From the NCBI GenBank assembly GCA_023247705.1, contig JAHFFY010000008.1, forward strand, positions 664 to 64,663: a stretch of DNA of 64,000 nucleotides, given 5' to 3'. Below the pieces are notes generated by a model. It was given only the letters and a program-made list of their open reading frames with translations, did not search any database and was not told the origin of the DNA. This document shows positions 58,421-64,000 of this stretch, one piece after another. This DNA comes from Candidatus Omnitrophota bacterium (GTDB taxonomy: Bacteria > Omnitrophota > Gorgyraeia > Zapsychrales > JAHFFX01). How positions within the stretch are numbered: the first letter of the stretch is position 1; each line of letters opens with the position of its first letter. Position numbers and translations under genes: made by a program.

Positions 58421-59317
58421 TTATCTCCCTTTTAAACCAAAAACGTTACGCCACCCCAAGGCGAAAAATTCATGAACCCCGCGCAAAAACTTTTCATCCA
58501 TAAAGACCACATAAAAACTTAAAATCACCAACGAAAAATAAATCAGCTGGTGCATCGTGAAGGCGACGAGCAATTGAAAGCCCAATCCCCACCAAAACGC
58601 GACCTTGCGGAAGGATTTGATCCCGAAACTAAGCGGCGCCATTAATTCAAACACCAAGGCGCTGCACTGCATGATGGGCCAGCTCCACAACGGAAATACC
58701 CGCACCATCCACGCGCCGAAGTCCGTCAGATAAGTCCCCTGGATCTGCGACCACAAAACATATCCGGATTTAAGCCACTCCCCGTAAACCGCCTTGCTCC
58801 ACCCGGCGGAAAAATAACAGATGATGATCGTCAACTGTAAAATCCTCACCGGCCAGGCGGATTGATATTGGTCGTTGACGTTTCGTTTTCCGATCGTCCA
58901 GTAATAACCGTTGGGCACAAGGGCCAGGATCAGCAACGAAACAATCGAAAGTTTATTGATCACAAACGCCGAAACCTGGTCGGCCAGGGTCACGTACAAA
59001 AAACATCCCCACACGATCCACAACATCAAACGCAACTGCCAGCCCACGATCACCGCGGCCATGGCCGCGAAAAAGACCGCGCCGAACAAAAACAAAAACC
59101 GCATCGGCAACAGTGAAACAGCGAAGGTGTGATACGGCAAATTCCCCGGCGCGATATGAAACCCCACCTGGGTCAACCACTCCGGCGCGTACATCCAGCG
59201 CGCCTGGACATACAGCACAACGCAGATCATTGAGACCACGCGAAACGTATCAAAACGGATTCGGTCGATGGGGGCGAACCAAAAATTGAGAAAGTTATTC
59301 CAAAAAAATTTTTGCAT
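58421..59317 (-). CDS. HTTM-domain (vitamin K-dependent gamma-carboxylase-like) membrane protein
   Basis: Likely start MQKFFWNNFLNFWFAPIDRIRFDTFRVV (ATG 59315-59317); FxxPIDxxxxxxFR is the HTTM N-terminal motif. The ORF track's upstream extension runs into repeat B2. Confidence 0.55.
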   Translation of the reverse strand: MQKFFWNNFLNFWFAPIDRIRFDTFRVVSMICVVLYVQARWMYAPEWLTQVGFHIAPGNLPYHTFAVSLLPMRFLFLFGAVFFAAMAAVIVGWQLRLMLWIVWGCFLYVTLADQVSAFVINKLSIVSLLILALVPNGYYWTIGKRNVNDQYQSAWPVRILQLTIIICYFSAGWSKAVYGEWLKSGYVLWSQIQGTYLTDFGAWMVRVFPLWSWPIMQCSALVFELMAPLSFGIKSFRKVAFWWGLGFQLLVAFTMHQLIYFSLVILSFYVVFMDEKFLRGVHEFFALGWRNVFGLKGR

Positions 59318-59330
59318 ATTTATGAAATCA

Positions 59331-59412
59331 GTTTGCGAGTTGTCGAGTTCTACGCGTTGGATTTGCTTGAAAAACTCGTTAAACTCGCAAACCCCGTTAA
59401 CTCGACAACTCC
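59331..59412. repeat. CGAGTT/AACTCG-motif palindromic element, family B copy 2
   Basis: GTTTGCGAGTTGTCGAGTT...AACTCGTTAAACTCGCAAAC...AACTCGACAACTC; shares GCGAGTTTAACG / AACTCGCAAA motifs with 13968-14078. Confidence 0.45.
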
Positions 59413-59972
59413 TAACGAACCGCATGCGTCGACAACACATCAATCTGGTCTTCCCGGAACGAACCCAATCCGATCAATTTCCAATGACCTTGCGGCGGTT
59501 TTTGGGAATCAACCACGTACAATCCGGCGACAAACCGGACTTCCACCGGTGCGGGACTTTTAGGATATAGTTTACGAAAACGCTGCGCGACCCATTGCGC
59601 CAATTGCGCCCGGGTGTCTTGGGTCTTGCGCTCGTAGTCGACGATGTTCGTGCCGAAATACAGGATCTCAAAAAATCGGGTCCGATAGCCGAACGTCTTG
59701 AGACGAAAATATTCTTTTTCCGGCAGCGTGCGCCAGGCGGTTTCTCCTTCCAGCCGGACCTGGATGTAAGGCATCGCCCACACCGGCACGCTGTGGGTAA
59801 AAAGATTGCCGATACTCTGTAAATAGCGGACAAACGAAGGAAACAATTGGATTTTCTTTAACGTCAAACCCGTGTAGAGGGTTGGGAGCGTCCAACACAA
59901 AAGAAAAAAAACGCACAAGCAAAGGTCCTTTGGTGTGGGACGGACTGCCGGTTGGCCTTGATTGTTTTTCAT
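59412..59972 (-). CDS. Hypothetical membrane protein (186 aa)
   Basis: One N-terminal TM; no recognisable family. Confidence 0.4.
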   Translation of the reverse strand: MKNNQGQPAVRPTPKDLCLCVFFLLCWTLPTLYTGLTLKKIQLFPSFVRYLQSIGNLFTHSVPVWAMPYIQVRLEGETAWRTLPEKEYFRLKTFGYRTRFFEILYFGTNIVDYERKTQDTRAQLAQWVAQRFRKLYPKSPAPVEVRFVAGLYVVDSQKPPQGHWKLIGLGSFREDQIDVLSTHAVR

Positions 59973-59992
59973 AACGGAATGGATTAGAAATT

Positions 59993-61060
59993 TTATTTAA
60001 CCAATCCCAGATTTTTGCTTAACGGTTTTTGCCGCAGTTTCCAGATGATCCCGTCGACAATGTAATGATGAAAATTGATCGTCTGATAAACGATCATCGC
60101 CAACGGCAGAGTCGTTTTAAAAAACCCGATGACATGATCTATGGAATTATAAACGACCGTTGAGATCGCCAGGCAGACCGCGTAATAGATCACGACATTC
60201 TTGGTCTGGCTGATCGTGGAGAGAAACCGGTGATGGGGATCGATGCCGTTTTTAAAACGGTTGTTGTTGAACATCCAGACCAGGACCACATACTGCGCGT
60301 TGTGCCAGACATTCAGGCACAACCAGCCATAATTGATATCGCTGATCAAAATATAGCCGGCGGTAAAAACAACGATGTGCGAAATCATGTACAGGCTGTA
60401 TCCCAGACGGAACCGCCCTTGTTTCAAATCAATAAACTGCTGGATGAGCCACCAGAAAAGAATAACGACACAGAAATTCAACAAAATCTTCACCGCCCAA
60501 AAGGGCACCGGGAGCACGCGCAATTCCATCCCCAAAAATATCCCCGGATTTTGATAAGACCTCCAGGCGATGCCAGCCAACGGTAGTCCATAAATCACCA
60601 GTTGTTCAAGGAGGGCATTGTCCTGCGGCCCGAGGTTTGTCTTGCGCCGGTAAATCCGCGCGATCCCGAAACTCTGACGGGTGTAATGAAACCATTGCCA
60701 GTACAAATACGTGGTCGCCAAAATCCACGGCCCCAGGAATAATGCCGCCGCCACGGTAAAGACCACAATGATCCACGGAAGCCAGACAATCAAAAATTTA
60801 TTTTCTTTAAAACTCTCCAGATCAAATGTCAGCCGGGTGAACGTCGCGACCACGTGGTGATATCCCAGAACCCAGAGGTCCAAAAAAAGGATCGTCGGAA
60901 ACATCCGCGGATCCCGGACGCAAATCCAGGCGGAGACAACCGACAGAAAAGCAATCGCGACAATAAAAATCATGTCGAACCCCAGTCCCCGGATCCAACC
61001 AAACGGATTCACCTGAGGACTTAACTTTAACATGCCGTCCTTCCCGACCTGATGCTCCAT
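59993..61060 (-). CDS. Hypothetical polytopic membrane protein (355 aa)
   Basis: 8-10 predicted TM helices, W/Y/F-rich. Confidence 0.5.
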   Translation of the reverse strand: MEHQVGKDGMLKLSPQVNPFGWIRGLGFDMIFIVAIAFLSVVSAWICVRDPRMFPTILFLDLWVLGYHHVVATFTRLTFDLESFKENKFLIVWLPWIIVVFTVAAALFLGPWILATTYLYWQWFHYTRQSFGIARIYRRKTNLGPQDNALLEQLVIYGLPLAGIAWRSYQNPGIFLGMELRVLPVPFWAVKILLNFCVVILFWWLIQQFIDLKQGRFRLGYSLYMISHIVVFTAGYILISDINYGWLCLNVWHNAQYVVLVWMFNNNRFKNGIDPHHRFLSTISQTKNVVIYYAVCLAISTVVYNSIDHVIGFFKTTLPLAMIVYQTINFHHYIVDGIIWKLRQKPLSKNLGLVK

Positions 61061-61092
61061 CTACCACTCCTTAAAAAACCATCCGCCGATTT

Positions 61093-62808
61093 TCATTGCA
61101 CTGAGTTTTCGGGTATTCGATAAATCTCAAATCGTCCGATCTTCTGTTCAAATTGATAATGCCCTTTGACGTAGGCCATGATCGCCTTGGACCAGACCGT
61201 GTGACGTTTGTCGTTGGTCCGTTCGATGATTAGCTTCACTGGTGCAGTCTTGAGTTGTTCCATGACCGCCCTGAAATCCTCTTCGCTCTGGATCCCCTGT
61301 TCGGTGCTGAAAAAGCGGAACGGATTTTTCCGGGCGCTCAAAAAATATAATTCCGCGTTGTTGGGCACGGCGAAAATTTGGTCCGTTGACAGCGTCTCTT
61401 CTTCGATCAACCGGATCAGCGGCCGGTAAACCGCCAAGTCCGCCGGATCAATCCACAGGTGATTGCGCGACAGGGCGTAACCGGCGAACGCGAACGGGAT
61501 CCGCTCCCCTTTGATAAAATCCCTAAACAAAGGCTGTCCGGCGTGAAAATACAGCCCCACCCCGCACAGAACGGAAAACACAAACCCGATGAGATATTTG
61601 GCTTGGCTATTTCGTTCGCAAAAAATCCATAGGATCCCCAGCATCGCGCAGGAGATCGTAAAAAAAAGATAACTATTGACCTGGTTATGCAGCGATACGA
61701 TCGAATAAAAAATAGCGATCAGTGGAATCGCGTAAACCTTTTCTTTTCTCTCCGGAGAAAACAGCACAAAACGGAACAAAAGAAAAAAATTAAAAACCGA
61801 CATGAGCGGGATCAAGACCCAGTAAAAACCGTTGAGCACATCCGCAAGTGATTTCCATTGAAAAAGATTTAATAGCCCGCTGGCAATCAGGTATCCGTAA
61901 CTCTCCGTGCTCAAAAATTCCTGTTTGGAAACAACCAGCACCGCACGCACCCCGGACTGCTCGATCCACGCCCACAGCGATCCGTGGATCATATGATAAA
62001 CAAGGATGGGCAAAATTGCAAGAACGGCCCCTCCAATCAATCCCTTGAGGATAGCGAAAAATTTTAGGTTGGGGATCCGGACATTCAACCAGGCCCACAA
62101 CAAAATCAGCAACGGCCAGATCCCGAACAAAATGAAACCGATCGGGTTTGTTGTTTTGTTTAGATAAAACGCCAATGCCCCGAACATCACGATGATCAAT
62201 AGACGGGCCCAGGAGAACTGATCATCGTCTTCCTGCGATTGGTCTTCGAGTAACAAATAGACAACCACCCCCATCGCTAAAAGGATCCCGGACAACTGCC
62301 GGAATAGATACGTCAGCATCAAAAAAATTCCTATGACAAAACGACGGCCTTGGACCTTGGGCGGGACAACAGTCAAAAAACAAACGGTGACGATGGTCAA
62401 AAACAAACAATACCAATGATGATTGGGGTCAAGAAACTGAAAAACACCCAGGCTTGTGGGCAAAAGGGACGCGATCAGCCCGAAAGAACTTTGGAACCGG
62501 ACAAATACAAGAAAAAGCAGACCGCTTTGAATCAAGGTGATCGCCATCAAAGGAAAACGCAGACTGACAAAATCCTTGCCGAATAATTCAAAGGCCCAGG
62601 CGTTGATGAAATTTAAATAGCCGGGATGAAAATCAACGATATCCTTTTCAAAGACCTCTCCCTCGGCCATCCGGTCGGCGATATGGGCGAAGGTACCGGA
62701 ATCCTGCGGCCACCAAAACCGATTATAAAAATGGCTGATCAAAAGGACATGAATAATCACCATCAGAACAAAGCCTAAAATTTTGGGTAACGCATGACTT
62801 GTTTTCAA
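61093..62808 (-). CDS. GT-C-fold membrane glycosyltransferase (ArnT/PMT-like, GT39/GT83-type), intact
   Basis: 571 aa; N-terminal DSGTFAHIADRM-type motif in the first loop; ~11 TM helices; soluble C-terminal domain. Confidence 0.55.
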   Translation of the reverse strand: MKTSHALPKILGFVLMVIIHVLLISHFYNRFWWPQDSGTFAHIADRMAEGEVFEKDIVDFHPGYLNFINAWAFELFGKDFVSLRFPLMAITLIQSGLLFLVFVRFQSSFGLIASLLPTSLGVFQFLDPNHHWYCLFLTIVTVCFLTVVPPKVQGRRFVIGIFLMLTYLFRQLSGILLAMGVVVYLLLEDQSQEDDDQFSWARLLIIVMFGALAFYLNKTTNPIGFILFGIWPLLILLWAWLNVRIPNLKFFAILKGLIGGAVLAILPILVYHMIHGSLWAWIEQSGVRAVLVVSKQEFLSTESYGYLIASGLLNLFQWKSLADVLNGFYWVLIPLMSVFNFFLLFRFVLFSPERKEKVYAIPLIAIFYSIVSLHNQVNSYLFFTISCAMLGILWIFCERNSQAKYLIGFVFSVLCGVGLYFHAGQPLFRDFIKGERIPFAFAGYALSRNHLWIDPADLAVYRPLIRLIEEETLSTDQIFAVPNNAELYFLSARKNPFRFFSTEQGIQSEEDFRAVMEQLKTAPVKLIIERTNDKRHTVWSKAIMAYVKGHYQFEQKIGRFEIYRIPENSVQ

Positions 62809-62833
62809 AACAAAAACCTTAACCTAATTTGTG

Positions 62834-62975
62834 TTTATGGAACCCACCGGGCATGCCCGTAAGACCTTGGTTTGCCCTTCGGGATTTTTACAATGCGTCC
62901 CTCTTATGAGAGGGTTCCATCCCCAGCCATGCTCCCACGGCCATGGCCGTGGTACAAGTCGAGGGATGGCATTTT
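62834..62975. repeat. Repeat family E copy 2 (with ~100-bp internal insertion and nested perfect palindromes)
   Basis: Shares both ends with 37161-37220; contains GGGCATGCCC and CACGGCCATGGCCGTG perfect palindromes and the ATGGAACCC/GGGTTCCAT inverted pair. Confidence 0.45.
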
Positions 62976-62988
62976 TCTGGATTAAGGG

Positions 62989-63945
62989 CTATAACGCAAA
63001 ATTCATCCGCAGATCCGATTGCCGTTGCTCTTCATCATCGATATAAATCCGGTAAAAATTCTGGTCATCGCCCGGACCGCTGCGATAAATGACCAGATTG
63101 TACAATCCCGGACGGGTGTTAATCAAGGGCGTAAATGAAAATTTTATGACCACTCCTTTTTCATTCGCAGTGATGGCCCGAGAAGGAACCGGCTGTGACA
63201 TGTAATTTTTTCCAACAGGGATCCAGGATTTCCCGTCCTTGTCCAACGTATAGACATACGCGATCAAACTATCCTGCGGATCCCCCACTTTATAAATACG
63301 CATCGCAATGTTTTGAATCGCAGTCTCGATCCATTCTTTTCTCCCGGCGTACAGATAAAGCCGTTCTTTCGTCCCGATATTCCTGATCCCATCCGACAGG
63401 AATTTTTGATCCTCCTGGGCTGATTGCACAACCGCATTAAAATCCTGACGCAACATCGCGGTATCCAGCAGCCATACTTTTTCTTTAGCGGGATTTCGCC
63501 GGGCAAACTGATCCAAAATCAAGGCCCGGTAGGAGAGGATCTCTTCTTCCTGCATCCACAGACCGCTTGAGGCCAGCGTTGGAAACGAGGCGACGGCGTA
63601 CTTGGATAATTTTTTGCTACGGATCAAGGCGTTCAAATAAATATCCAGATCAAAGTCAGCATAGTCGCTGGTCATGGCCAGATAAAGCGAATCGCCGCTC
63701 ACCGGCGGCACAACAATATAGCCGTCCTTCGCCTGCAGAATATTGTCGATCGAATCGATTTGGGCTGTTTGCAGAAACCCCGGGTTCAAACACGCGATCA
63801 GATATTTTTTGAGCGGATGATGACCGTAGGTATAAACGTGCCGTATCTCTTTCTTCATCAATTCCCGGGATAAAAAGGTCGTGGCCATCCGGGATGGATA
63901 AACATCGTTTAAAAACGTGTAGCCATTGCAAAAGACATGGATCAA
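62989..63945 (-). CDS. Hypothetical protein (318 aa)
   Basis: Long ORF starting at TTG/internal ATG; no recognisable family. Confidence 0.45.
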   Translation of the reverse strand: MIHVFCNGYTFLNDVYPSRMATTFLSRELMKKEIRHVYTYGHHPLKKYLIACLNPGFLQTAQIDSIDNILQAKDGYIVVPPVSGDSLYLAMTSDYADFDLDIYLNALIRSKKLSKYAVASFPTLASSGLWMQEEEILSYRALILDQFARRNPAKEKVWLLDTAMLRQDFNAVVQSAQEDQKFLSDGIRNIGTKERLYLYAGRKEWIETAIQNIAMRIYKVGDPQDSLIAYVYTLDKDGKSWIPVGKNYMSQPVPSRAITANEKGVVIKFSFTPLINTRPGLYNLVIYRSGPGDDQNFYRIYIDDEEQRQSDLRMNFAL

Positions 63946-64000
63946 GCCGACGATCGATAATAAAAAAATGGAAGCGCCTTTAATCCAGACCGAAAGCTTC

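Noticed and set aside
62884-62935. tRNA-like T-arm/acceptor-like string GAGGGTTCCATCCCCAGCCA inside repeat E2
   Set aside because: No D-arm or anticodon arm can be folded around it and the T-stem is mismatched.
62831-63046. 71-aa plus-strand ORF MFMEPTGHARKT...
   Set aside because: Encoded by repeat family E copy 2; the same repeat produces the similar MEPTEHARG peptide at 37164.

Overview
This is a 64-kb bacterial chromosomal window from a lineage I cannot place. GC looks mixed by eye, roughly 35-55%, and most genes lie on the minus strand. Core content includes a complete F1Fo ATP synthase operon (atpZ-like, then atpB-E-F-H-A-G-D-C, 19186->12225). Also present are ndh, dedA, uppP, mscS, zupT, crcB-pspC, a MoxR/DUF58/transglutaminase operon, recR-dnaX, yfcH-like and tRNA-Asn(GUU). 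Accessory content includes a convergent two-partner secretion pair (TpsB/TpsA). A four-gene cluster at 3974-9974 looks like an archaic (spore-coat-U type) chaperone-usher pilus locus built around a non-canonical 952-aa outer-membrane protein. An orphan, very AT-rich RES-domain toxin gene is inserted between ocd and pspC-crcB. There is a decayed AT-rich islet with a SEC-C gene interrupted by an in-frame TAG plus a RhuM fragment. A GT-C glycosyltransferase paralog is broken by an in-frame TAG and a frameshift. There are at least three families of ~60-140 bp palindromic REP/MITE-like repeats. One family (TIR TTATTGAGC...GCTCAATAA, ~97 bp) supplies the stop codons of atpC and yfcH and the start codon of the atpZ-like gene, and may have truncated ATP synthase epsilon. 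No CRISPR array and no rRNA were seen. All functional calls rest on motif-level reading of the translations and need confirmation by profile searches.
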